A stretch of 63,886 nt of DNA, counting the filler, from Octopus bimaculoides (lineage: Eukaryota), in the NCBI RefSeq assembly GCF_001194135.2. It is 5 parts of 4 records of this genome, joined end to end, with 100 filler letters (N's around TTAATTAATTAA, not from the genome) between each part and the next. Parts side by side here need not be neighbours in the genome. Positions count along the whole stretch, not along the records: positions 1 to 21,389 come from NC_068981.1; positions 21,490 to 39,447 come from NC_068982.1; 3 more parts are not named here. One strand, 5' to 3'. Numbering within the stretch: position 1 is the stretch's first letter; each line of letters starts with the position of its first letter. Under the pieces are notes generated by a model. It was given only the letters and a program-made list of their open reading frames with translations, was not told the origin of the DNA and did not search any database. Below, in pieces: positions 11,346 to 24,648 of the stretch. The translations under genes were made by a program, and so were the position numbers.

Positions 11346-13929
11346 GAAATTTATAATAACTCATTTTGCCCCACTTCCCCGTAGTTCTTGACAAAAGTAT
11401 TTGACAGAATGACAAAAAGTAGTGAAGAAAGGAATAAAAATATTCGGTTTAAGAAAAACATGTGAGCATAATGGCAATAATTCTAAAGCTGTTGAGAGCT
11501 GTAATTTTGTAATTAAATGTCCTGTAATTTTATAATCAAAGCTAAATTCAAAATTTAAATTAGAGAACATATTGCTCTTTCGTAGAACAAGACCAGTTTT
11601 CAATGCCGCCTGAAGTAATGGAGCTTACAATGGCAATATATAATTATACGTATTTGCGTGTATGTGCGCGCACATGTGTGTATGTGTGTGTGTATGCTTG
11701 TATGTATGTGTCTTTAATGGCCAGTGGTCAATCTAAGCTCCCTGTGTCCAGTCATGCATTGAAAGAAAGAAGGACTCTTAACTAGAGAAAATAACTAACT
11801 TCTTTCTATCAATCTCTTTATCCATCTTTATATACATCCATGTTCTCACAGCATATACACACAATAAAATAGCCACACAAGTCATTCTAAACTACACCGC
11901 ACAGTGCAACATGAATAGTAAATCTCCATTTACACATTATAGACCGAAGAGAAAATAATGAAAATTTCAAGCAGTACATATAGACCCGCATATGTCTGTA
12001 ACAGAACCCAGCAAAATACCAGAAATTACTTCCAAATACTATAACATTTTTACAGATTTTAGACCTCATTAGAATACGTAGCAATGTGTAGTTTCCGGTT
12101 TTACTTACTTCATACACCTGCTTGTACTACACGACAGCAAAAGCGACAAAATGCATAAAATTGAGCGAAATAAATGGATTAATATCAAAGAAAATAAGGT
12201 AGAAGAAACCCTTGGAAACATGGGAAAATATTTGTAGGGTACACAGGGTAATAACGACAACATCGCACATTATAGAAAATAATTAGCTGCATCAAGATCA
12301 GGTTGAAGAGATACACCGTGTCCTATGTAATAATAAAATCCTCGAACACCATGTATACACTCAAAGAAAAGGAAAAGACCATCGAAATAGCTCGAAAATA
12401 AGCCAAGAATAACAGGTAAACGGAAATGATATCCTTTCCCTTCGGATCATATTTTTTTCCCCCGCCTCTTGCATCGGCAAAGCAGAAGATAAATCGCATC
12501 TCTAAAAGGTTTCGTGTCTAAAAACTCACAAACAAAAACCTAATTCATTTAAAGAATGAATGGTTTGCTGTTTTAAACAGTATAATATCGATAGCCTTAA
12601 AACCATCGCATGTATTATATTAATAGAAGTTCTTCGAGAGACAGTATCTCAAATATTGATCATTCATATTTATTTTGTCAATCAATTTAGAATGACACCT
12701 CGTGACTATAACCCATGATCATATTCCTGTCCAGATTCTCTTCACTACAGCTAAAATCCACATTACTCATAATCATTTTATAGAAGATGCTACTTGGTTT
12801 CAATTATAACATCAAAGCATGCGCACGCGCATTCACGGGCGCGCACCCACTCACACACGCACATCATTCTTAGTTGCACTGATGTTAGCAAAGCCTTCAG
12901 AACAATAGATCCCACTATCCACATTATAGGCAAACTATTTTCTATAAAAAAATACACATGACTGGTCAACGATCTATCTGTCACGTCGCAAAACAAGTAC
13001 AAAATGAACACATCTACAATATGTCCTCACTGAATATTTTGACCTATTCTTACACATGAAACAGAACCACAACCTTGTCAGAAATTGCATCACCTTCACG
13101 TTCCTTGTTTTTATTGTGATTCACAAGTACTTCCGCCCGACATCAATTATTTGAAAACATGCCAACAAAATAAAAGGCGTAATGCATTATCCGCTGTGTT
13201 GCTTCTTATCTGTTCTATGAACTAATAATTATCATTCTTCTACTGAAGCATAACGCATGCAAGAAAAGCAAAATAATTGAAACTACCACAATTTCAATAG
13301 ATTACACACGAAATGCAACAAGGAACATCAAACAATGGATAGGAAAACACTGTGGAATTAGATTTAGCCCAGAGAATATAGTAACAAGTACGAATCATCA
13401 CGAGTTTTACTGGATTTTGTTTATTCATTTATTCTTTTACATGTTTCATTCATTAAACTACGACCATGCTGGAGCACCGCCTTAAGACCTGGTGTATATT
13501 TCCAATCATTTCAGACGCTAAGAAAGGCTAATAAACACAGCACAAAAGAAAAAAAATCCAATCATCCGAACAATGAAATCTAAACACTAACTAGGAAGAC
13601 CGATCTATAACTGTCCGATGTTCAACTCAATGGCGGAGAAAACTTCAGTCATCACAATGTGTATAGCTACAATCTCACACATATTCGCTAATTCCGACAT
13701 AATGATAGAGAATACACTTGTCACAACAAAATATAAACGACCTAAAACATATGATTACAACACATATACACATACATATTTGTATTAATAGTAGATACTT
13801 TGGGCTCAAAACGTGTATTGTGATGCATAGTCCTAATGCAAACGACAGATGAACACCTACTGAAACGTTCTGACTGAATCCCTTTGCTGTCTACTTTTTA
13901 CCACTATACATGCCTACTAAAATAGATTA

Positions 13930-13934
<5 letters not shown>

Positions 13935-14016
<82 letters not shown>
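13935..14016. repeat. (AG)n microsatellite; another at 24181-24274
   Basis: Direct inspection. Confidence 0.99.
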
Positions 14017-14019
<3 letters not shown>

Positions 14020-14399
14020 AATGTGTGTAGGCTCTAATAGTTCACTCTAGTTAACCAAAATCAAAAGAATATGTCATATGTTAGATGGTCGCATGGTATA
14101 GGGTTTTCGGGCTAAATTCAACAATTGGCATGAAAGGAAGGGAAACCAAAACACTACGTTTATGCATCTATTTTTCTAGATTCTTGATGTGAAACCGTAT
14201 GTTCAAACAGATATTGTTATATTTGGTGATATATTTATTTGATTTTCACTTTAGATTTATTATCCCATTCAAATATAACACTAATTTAAGGGATGAAAAC
14301 ATTCCAACTAGATTATGTTTGGAAGATAAAGCCTTACTCAATCTAGCCGCCCTCAACTTCAACCACAGACACAAGCTAGATACAGAAACTGGTGCTTGC

Positions 14400-15060
14400 A
14401 TTCCTCATGGTGTATCTTAGAAGATCTTCCTACACCTCTTTGATCTTTACCATCAGCTCCACCATTGTGTTGAAGGCCGAGCTGTTGGTGTCTATCTTAA
14501 CCATACCTCACTCAGAAATCCAACGAATTACAAGTGAGGGAATTGAGAGACCAAAATTTGCGACTGGTGACGTGGTAGAAATTCTCGAAACACTAAGTTT
14601 AATTTTCCCGGAGGTTCAGCAAGAAAATGAATTGTACTACCACACATATTGCCATCTAATTGCAGCCATCTCAATCCAGGAATCGACTACAGTCTCTAGC
14701 AGCTTCACACACCGAACGGATTTTAAGTCCCCGTTCAAAATTTAGGTAGTGAATCCCAGCGTGCAGACGCATTCAGAACAGCTGCTGTATCCCTTGCTGC
14801 TGGCAAAGGTTTCGTAGCATTCATTGCAGCTGTCCATGTCACGTCTTATAGTTTTTAAAGTACTTACAGAGCATTGAGCATCAGTCACAATGTCGGCAAT
14901 TTGATCCCACTCCCACCCCGGCGCAAATCATCATGATGCAAGTAACTACTTTCCAATATTCAGATGGTGTCCAATACTCCAAGTCCGCTAGCTATTTTCT
15001 CAATTACAATTTTAATCTTTAAGATCTGAACGTCGTTGACTTCTCCCAAATACATCAAGC
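14400..15060 (-). mobile_element. Decayed DDE transposase, Kolobok-like
   Basis: Dispersed frameshifted motifs IADIVTDAQ, CFENFYHV and RHQQLGLQHN...KDQRG resemble Kolobok transposase motifs (from recall only). Confidence 0.45.
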
Positions 15061-15986
15061 TGTTTTTGAAAATTCTCAAATGTGACCCGACGAATCTGTA
15101 TATATGAAATAAAAGATATGTCATACCTAAATGAAAGGTTAAGAGCATGCCTGTTAGAGATATCATTCCTAGAAGTTAATATAAGGCAAAATCCTTTAAT
15201 GCATTGTAAATACTAGCTAAATCGTATGTTAACTAACAATGCAGTTTGCTGTAATCCCGGTATTAGATGAATATCTACTCTAATTTTTCAATTCCACAGA
15301 GCTTTCTTTTCTATATGCTGCCATTTTGCGTCTTGCTCAATAAAACCGAATTGAAAGCTTTAATAGGTATATTAGCGTTAAGTAATATAAACTCATGCAA
15401 TAGATTTATGACACAATATTGCATGCTTCCACTCGGCCTTAGGAGGAGAGAACCAACGATATTATAAAGCAGTAGAGAAATGGCTGTACAATATTCTCTG
15501 GACTTGAAGATAGAAGAGGTTGACAATATATGAAAGCAAATTAAACAGTTACAGTTGCATGAAAGGACATATTACTGAATAGATTAAGATTGATAAGATG
15601 TGTCGAGAATGGCATGACTATTTGAGAATTCTCAAGACACAATCAGGTTGATTTACATAACATCCACCAAATATCACATTTTTAGAAACTGCTTTAACAT
15701 ATAAACTGAGAGGGCAGGAAAGTGAAATACGTAAATCTTAAAGCCCGTAGGACTAGTCTTAACAGTTATAGTAAACTACTATTCCTCCCGAAAATATAAC
15801 AACTGATGATAACCATTTAATCCTACGGAACAGGTTTCGAGCATGGTTATTTGTATTGTTCACTAAATAAGAGTTTTTTTTTTTTTTTCTATAGTTTTAC
15901 AAATATTCGTAACTACCATTACAGAAACAAAACTTCTTAAAGAAGTGCGTTTACGTGTCTATGTATATATTTACATATATGAATTG

Positions 15987-16091
<105 letters not shown>

Positions 16092-16697
16092 CTCGTGCGC
16101 GCGTATGTGTATCTATACTATGATGGAGAAAGCTGTTTAATAATTAGGTATGTAACGATTACTAAAAGTAGTAAAAGAAAGCAAATATTAAAGGGTTGAC
16201 TCTCTGGAAATATTTTTATAAGTTCATGTTCTAAGAAATTACCTATAATTTCGATTTTCCATCTTTATTGAATTTTTTTAACTCGAATTATTCACAAATT
16301 TAAATATTCATTGCATTCACTGCGTAATAGTTCTTCACAGATTTGAATATTCAATGCATTCACTGCCATGTTTTCCATTTTATTTGCAAAGTGTCTCACT
16401 TTCACTTTTAAGTTTTCATTCGCTAATTGGAAAATCGATAGTCTATTCTATTATTGTATACGTAATGTAGACACATTATTTATTCAATGAAAATTTCAAA
16501 AAAGTACCCGTATAATTTTTGAACGCGGGATATCTGTGAGAAGAGCCTAGAAAGTTCGGTAATTACAATTAGAAGACTAGGAGAAGAAAAAGTTATCGAC
16601 AAGTACTAGAAACTTGAAACTTATTTACAGTTTCCAAAAATTCTATACCACCAACCCAACGTATACACAAACCAGTAGCATGAGCATCTTCAACCGT

Positions 16698-16747
<50 letters not shown>

Positions 16748-16799
16748 TACACAGTCCGCACACACATAGCTACACATACACACAAATGAAAGGCAATGG

Positions 16800-16830
<31 letters not shown>

Positions 16831-17139
16831 TGGGTGTGTGTGTGTGCGTGCTTGCTCACTGACAAAGCTTCGTGCCTGTATCACTTTTGTGAAATTTTGT
16901 CAGTGAACAGCTCACGGTTTCAAAGCGACGAAAATATTTTGACACAAATGAAATTTTCATGTTCTTTTCTATTCTAGGCACAAGGCCAGAATTTTTTGGG
17001 GAGGGGGCCAGTGAAGTAAATCGACTCAACTGGTACTTAATTTGTCGACCACGAAACGATAAAGGGCAAAGTCGACCGCGGTGGGTGAGATTTTAATGTT
17101 AAAGTGAAACTGGTAATACTTAAATATAGAAGTCCCTTA

Positions 17140-17330
17140 ACGGTGCCACTTAAATACAGGTGTTACGTACAAAACATTTAAAATGTACGTTGTGTGGACG
17201 TGTAATGACACCCTAACCATAAATAATTGTAACCCTAAAATCTAACCCACCCTTTCATAGCGTTACTTAGATTCATCGGGACTTACATTCATATCGTTAC
17301 TTAAATTCATCTGTATTTAAGTAGTGCCGT
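17140..17330. mobile_element. ~190-bp MITE with 20-bp imperfect TIRs
   Basis: ACGGTGCCACTTAAATACAG (17140-17159) versus CTGTATTTAAGTAGTGCCGT (17311-17330). Internal ACCCTAA motifs; TTAA on the left and TGAA on the right. Confidence 0.6.
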
Positions 17331-17569
17331 GAAACTAAAGGTTTTTGTGCGTTCTTGAATGGCTTGCAAACATCTACGCTGCAATTTTTTTTTGTTTCAG
17401 ATCACGATCTCAGATCAAGTTAATTGCTACGTAAGTACATCTCCGTAATTTTTTTTTTAATCACTGGGGATAAATGCCAGTAATGGCCTTCTCATGTTCT
17501 CCAATATTTTAATATCTAAAGACAAACAATTCAGAGCGTGTGAATTTTCCTGAGAGACCTACATGTGGT

Positions 17570-17752
17570 TGAAGTAGTCGTCTTCAAAACAAATCTAGAT
17601 CCCCTCCGGTCAAGAGTTCCAGAAGAACCTAACTTAAGTCCAGAAAGGCAGATGAGGGCAGCAGCATCAGACTGCTTCATTCAGCAATGCCACACACCGG
17701 AGGAGGTTTAGTGAAAGTGTCGCATGACAGCAGCTCTCAAGCTGAGACTAGA
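17570..17752 (+). mobile_element. LINE 3' end remnant
   Basis: VFKTNLDPLRSRVPEEP...RQMRAAAS matches the FK..LD..L...PDEP C-terminus of APE LINE ORF2. Confidence 0.55.
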
Positions 17753-20005
17753 AAAGAAAAAATATATATATATATATATATATATANNNNNNNNNNNNNN
17801 NNNNNNNNNNNNNNNNNNNNNNNNNNNNNNNNNNNNNNNNNNNNNNNNNNNNNNNNNNNNNNNNNNNNNNNNNNNNNNNNNNNNNNNNNNNNNNNNNNNN
17901 NNNNNNNNNNNNNNNNNNNNNNNNNNNNNNNNNNNNNNNNNNNNNNNNNATATATATATATATATATATATATAAATTTAATAACGTCAACAAAACCACA
18001 AGAAATGAAAATTCATTTCAAACGTTTTAGAACAACGGAAGCGGTTATAGGAAAATGATGTTTGATGGGATTTGGTATGTTTTCATTGAAGTATAATGAA
18101 TGATGGCTCAAATGCAAGGAGATATTACTAAAGTTCCCTGAGTGTTAGGGGCGAAATTCTAGATGAAATAAAACTGTGAAAAGGACCGACACCAACAAAA
18201 AAAAAATGCTGGTGTAGATACAGAATATTATCATAAATCGTATGATTAATAAACCATAATTATCAATCTATAAATAAGGATCAATTTCATAAATATTCTT
18301 CGAAAGTGTAATTGAGAAAATAGTAAATAGATGAATGCTTAATTTCAGAAATGTACTTACATTACAATAAAGATAAACAAGCTAATAATTGCTGCTACAA
18401 TTTAGATGATAGAACAAGTCAACATTCATATCACAACACACTACAGACATCAGGAATTGGTATTGATGAATTGAAAGTATATTGATTAAGAATCTCTCTT
18501 TCGGGAGAAATTACCTAAATTAAATTATATCCTATATGAAATGGGATATTGCGAAAACGGATGTTAAAAGTTTCTCTAATTGACTGTTCTAAACATAGTT
18601 ACACTATTCAATAACGTAGATCGATAATGTATTTCCTAATAACGCGGGAAATAACGCCGATTAAATATTAACTAACATAATAAACAAATATATAAGTTGC
18701 CTGCATATATTAAATTCGGATGGTTGACTATGTCAAAGGAAGTGACGATATTTTTGCAATGAAATACTGGCTGATGAATATTCACGAATTACATTAACCG
18801 ACTTATAATTCATGCGTAGCTTATAGATGTGTATGTTGTCTCATGATTTATGTTATGAGATGCTTTTAAATAATCAGGATCATAGGGAATATAGAAAAGT
18901 CTTTAACTAAATCCATGCTAGAATTAAGCTAATCTGATTCAGAGACAGGAAAATTTTCCGTTAAAAGAAATTATATTCTGATTCAAACATTTTATATACT
19001 TCGTGGTATTAATATGGATAATTAAAATTGCCATAAAGAAGATAAGACGTCAGCACTATGTAAAATCCATATAAATAGCGTTTGAAAATACATGAATATT
19101 GCGACTGTAAAGTGTAAGGTATTATGAGGGAAATAAAAAGGAAGTACTAGGATGCAAACACACCGTAATGAAATCATAGAAACAAATTCAAGCAGAAAAT
19201 ACAGATTTTTAACAGAGATAGATTGAAGTAAATTAATTTACAAGGAAGATAGAAATGCGGAGTAGCTCTTGCTAAAATACTCTATCCAAAAATTTCCTAT
19301 CATTATTAATTAGTGTAAGACGGTGAGCTGGCAGAATCGTTACCATGCCGGAGAAAATGCTTAGCGCCAATCGTCCGTTATTTTTTCTTTTTCATTTCGC
19401 TAGCCGTGTATGAAGTCAAAATATTAAAAAAGTTGAATACAAAAACGTATGATACACTACTTACAGAGAAGAGAATAAAAAGTTCTTACGAATGGAATGA
19501 AATATTTATCGGTTGAGAATGCATTGTTCAGTCACTTGAGGCCATGTAGAAGAATTTTATCTCTTTAATTTTAATTGTTTCAGTCACTTGACTGTGGCCA
19601 AGCTGGGGTACCAACTTGAAGGGGGTTTTGTTTTTGTATTTTAATCGAACAAATCAACCCAGGATATATTTTTTTATGCTGGTACTTATTCAATTATCTC
19701 GTTTGCAGAACAGCTAAGTTACGGGGACGTAAACACGCCAATACCGGTTGCCAAGCAGTGGTGGGGAGAAACACGGACACGGAGAGACACACACACTCAT
19801 AGATATATACATGCCACTCTTGCGCCAATATATATGTATATATATTGGCGCAAGAGGTTGTATGGCAAGAAGTTTGCTTCCCAACCACATAGTTCAGGGT
19901 TCAGTCCAGCTCGTGGCACCTTGGGAAAGTGTCTTCTACTATAACCTCGGGCCGATCAAATTCTTGTGAGTGGATTTTGTAGACGGATATTGAAAGAAGA
20001 CCGTA

Positions 20006-20070
<65 letters not shown>

Positions 20071-21352
20071 AGAATGTTTTCGTGTGTTTGCGTTTGCCCC
20101 CACACATCATCGCTTGGCAACCGATGTTGGTGCTTTTACCTCCCCGCAACATAGCGGTTCAGCAAAAGCGACAGATAGAATAAGTATCGGGTATAAGGTC
20201 GGTTTTTTTTACTAAAGGCGATGCTCCAGCATGGCCGCAGTCGTTTGACTGATATAAGTAAACGAATATAATACGACTGTCTTTCTCTCTTCCAAGTCCA
20301 CTCACAAGGCTTTGGTCGGCCTTGACTATAGTAGAATAAACTTGCCCAAGGTGCCACGCTGTGGTACTGTGCCTGGGACCATGTGGTTGTGGAGCAAGCT
20401 TCGTACCACACAACCACACCTGCGCCTATAGTGCAAAAATAAAATCTACTATCATTCTTTTCCTACTGTGATCAATTTCCACCGGTGTCGACTTCGCATT
20501 TCGTACTTTGTGGGTAGATGTAATAAATACCAGTTGATCAATTCACTAAAATTCTTTCCCAAAATTGCTAGACTTTTGCCAACTTTGAAACTTTGTACGT
20601 CACATATTTCCGTTGCGAAGCGACGAGTTGTGATTTAAGACACGTGGTTAAAATTCAATAATGGTATGTTTTTTCCATGAATACATTCTCATTGGCTACG
20701 TATAGTACTGTTATGCATCATAAATAAATTACTATTTACTGTAGTCTGTGTCAGATTACGTTTTAATTTCAACGATAGTGTTATTTCAGCTGCGAATTAT
20801 TGAGATATTTTGCAGCAATTTCTAACATGTGAAAATACTGTAAATGAGACTATTGAGGGCATTTTAAATAAACTTACGACATAGACGTCAATTACAATTC
20901 AAGTTTACATAAAACGTTTACATTATTTTTCATATTTTTATGAATTAATCATGGTTTATCATAATTTTTAGTAAAAATGTATTTGTTCAATCTTGCCTTG
21001 TAAATATAATTTAAATTCAGCAATAAAATATGATTAGTATTAGGGGTTTTATACTATTATGAAATGATATATCTACATACTTATATACTTAATTTTAAGT
21101 TTTGCACTTATATCAGTAATTTAACTGCTTTCGATCAAATTGACACCATAGCTTAATTTGTAAAGTCTTGTACTCATTATATAGATTCATTTTGCAGATC
21201 CACTAATTAATGAGGTCGGAAACAAGCCAACATTCCCATCAAACTGTAACAGAAGAATCACTAAGTCACACTCACTGACATATCTACAAACATATGCATA
21301 CACAAACACATACATATACGTACGTATACACACAGACACTCATACACTCGCA

Positions 21353-21389
<37 letters not shown>

Positions 21390-21433
21390 NNNNNNNNNNN
21401 NNNNNNNNNNNNNNNNNNNNNNNNNNNNNNNNN

Positions 21434-21445
21434 TTAATTAATTAA
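21434..21445. other. Artificial six-frame-stop linker TTAATTAATTAA inside N runs; also at ~39492, 49211 and 56851
   Basis: Identical 12-mer centred between N blocks of about 44 nt at four places. Confidence 0.9.
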
Positions 21446-21663
21446 NNNNNNNNNNNNNNNNNNNNNNNNNNNNNNNNNNNNNNNNNNNNTATATGTATGT
21501 ATGTATGTATATACACACATATATATATATATATATGTGTGTATGTGTGTGTGTGTTTGTGATGGCCGTCCATCTGTGACGAAGGAAGACCATTGCTAAT
21601 TTTTAGGAACATTGTGCTAGGTATAACTTATATATTTTGCATTTGCGGCTCCGTTTGGGACTA

Positions 21664-22070
21664 ATCGACCCTGCTCTTGACAAGCATACATGACTGCAAA
21701 AATTGCAAACTAAATTTTCCCCATTCACTGTGCTTTAGTTTAGCATGCTTAAATTCTTCATGTAGAATACATTCTATGTCAAAGTTGTCCACCCACTCCT
21801 TAACCTGCTTTCTCCATCTGTGGCGATGACAGTCATTACTCTCCCTGTCGGTCTCTTGCATATCACAAGCCTCTAATGAAGACTTGACACAGTCCTTAAA
21901 TCGCAGCCTTGGTTTCTGCGGAGGTTTCTTTTCATCCAAAATTTCCCCATCTAACATCTGTGTAGGGATTCTGCTATCCTTCATTCTACTAAGGTGTCCA
22001 GTCCAATGTAACCGGTGCTTGTGCACCATCGCTTCAATACTCAACTCTTCCAGCTGGTTAACGACATACA
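21664..22070 (-). mobile_element. RTE-clade LINE ORF C-terminus
   Basis: HRLHWTGHLSRMKDSRIPTQML.GE...KPRLRFKDCVKSSL is the typical RTE C-terminal motif. Confidence 0.88.
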
Positions 22071-22081
22071 TTGTATGTCCA

Positions 22082-22557
22082 ATTAGTATTTGCAAGGGGA
22101 CGGCATCGTTCCCATCCCTAGCCTTACGCGATATACACGGGCTCTTCCTGGGGCTATAAATGCCAGTAGCACTGTCCCGTATAAGACGCCACACTTGGTT
22201 GGCTGTTATATGATACGATTCCGTATTGCTACTGTTTAAATCTTGCTCAGAGATTTAATATTGCTTATTTCTCTTTTTTCGAGACCAGCGACAGTTCGTC
22301 GCTGGAAAACGATTATAGTATTTTCCGAGTGGAGGGGGTTTTCATCGCTAGCTAGTGATTAACTCATGGTGAGGACGGGTAACCACCCAGAAACTCGAGT
22401 CTGTGTAGATCACGTGAGGCTAAGGCTAAGAGCAATGACCTCCCCTTGCAGATACTAATAGCCAGTAGTGCTGTCCCGTATAGGACACCACTTGGTTAGC
22501 AATTATATGCTACGATTCCGTATTGCTACTGTTTACATCATGCTCAGAGATTTAATA
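22082..22557. repeat. Interlocked inverted (63 bp) and direct (~98 bp) repeats
   Basis: 22082-22144 versus the reverse complement of 22397-22459 gives 49/63 identity, ungapped. 22162-22260 repeats directly at 22461-22557. Confidence 0.9.
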
Positions 22558-23844
22558 GTATATATATATATATATATGTTAGAAGGTAAAACGTGAGTTT
22601 GCTCAAGTAGAAATCCAAAATAAAATAGTTTTCTCCACGCTACAACATATACATTACAAAGGAAAACCAGATGCAATCCATGCACTAATGTAACCAATGT
22701 TAATGGGCTGCACGAAACGTGTGAATTTTGCCGTAGTTTCTAACAACAGTTTTGTATCTACGTAAGACAACTCAAATTCCAGCCTTACATTCTCTGCACT
22801 TAAATAGAACGCGATTTAACAATTTGAAAATTACTTGAGGATGCAACAAATCCAGATATATTATCCTGTTCGTCCTATCTTTGTATTATATGGGTGTATT
22901 TTTACTGGAAATGCTGTATCATTAAATCTATTTAGGTAAGAGTTTAAAATTCAATATTTGTGCTTTCCTGACGTAATTAGGTTGTCGCTGTGGATGTGTC
23001 AATCTCTCTCGCATGCGCGTACCTATATATATATATATATATATAGATCTCTTAATTGTGAATGCAATATGTGTTTGCGTGCGTACGTTCGTGCGCGCGT
23101 GTGTGTATAGAAGTAATTTCTTCACAAAAATCTTATATAAAGTTATATAAATATTAATTCTCTGATTTATAATCTGAATCGGCAACCAGAAACAACCGAC
23201 TTCAATATCATACACAAAACAGTCTATAAATGCTTTATACCAGCTTCATATGTATCGTCCGTGTTTGACTTATGAAACGAAAATTCAATGTATGTGTCAT
23301 AGTTCCAAATATAAACGGGAAAGGTATTATTTTCTATTCTATTTTGATTTATTCTCTTCTGAAACCATTAGCACAACTTTTTCGATGAATAAATATTTCA
23401 TGTTAAGTAACACTATATAAAAAATTGATTTGATAAAAACAAATAAAATACTACGAAATATAAGTGAGACAACTAGTAGATAGACAAACACAGACCAAAT
23501 ATTATTAAAGAAGACATATTCAGAGGAGGAAAACAACAAAATTTGAGTGGGGTACAAAATTAAAATGGTCCGTGTGACTGAGAATTGTGTTAACGTAATA
23601 AAATAAAACAAAATTTAAGAGGGAAAAGAATGTGCTTCGGAAGGAAGACAAATGTAATTAAAAATAAAATCATGTCACTCTTTAAGCATTCAGTGTTGTT
23701 GTGTTTGCTCATACATGTATTTTTCCGTATATGTCAAATACAGACATACGCACATGCATGCATACGTTCATCCATACACGTACATACATATACGCATGCG
23801 CACGCATGCACACAGCCATACGCACGAACACACATACATACATG

Positions 23845-23875
<31 letters not shown>

Positions 23876-23876
23876 T

Positions 23877-23916
<40 letters not shown>

Positions 23917-24177
23917 CACAATCATATATACATACATACATATGTATGTACAATGAAATATGGCAGAAGTAATGATGTTCGTTATAGCTTATGGCAGAAA
24001 AGATAGTTGCAGTAATGGAATTGTAGATAGTAGCAGCTATTAATAATAAAGTTAATGATAATGTAAGAATGAGGCAGCTATTTAAAATATGAAAGATATA
24101 AGAGAGAAATGAAAGCAAGTCTCAGCGAATAAGGAATAAAAACATATAAGAGAAACAGAGATGAGAGATAAAAAGAC

Positions 24178-24278
<101 letters not shown>

Positions 24279-24570
24279 AGGGAGAGAGATAGAGAGTGAG
24301 AAGGTAAAATAAAGGAGAAGTAGAAAAAGAGAGACAGGCTAATATAAGAATAAATCAAAAGGAGAAATAAAGTTGCGGAAACGCGAGTGTGAATGCACGT
24401 TGGGATGCCTATATGTATACGTATGTACACACATGCACACACATGAACACACACATACACACATATATATGCATACATAGATACATGAATACCCACATAC
24501 ACATAACCATACATATTCTTCCCATATACTTCTACATATATAGACATATATATTAATACATATATGCACG

Positions 24571-24648
<78 letters not shown>

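Noticed and set aside
12109-12126. 18-nt minus-strand microexon candidate (YKQVYE); similar candidates near 1262-1278 and 35750-35801
   Set aside because: The splice signals are plausible, but such short matches are expected by chance in 64 kb, and no recognisable protein results.
14199-14745. Plus-strand ORFs of 73 and 117 aa, including LAALNFNHR
   Set aside because: Better explained as antisense frames of the minus-strand transposase relic.
21434-21445. Recurrent TTAATTAATTAA 12-mer as a biological motif
   Set aside because: It is always centred in N blocks and stops all six frames, so it is an assembly linker.
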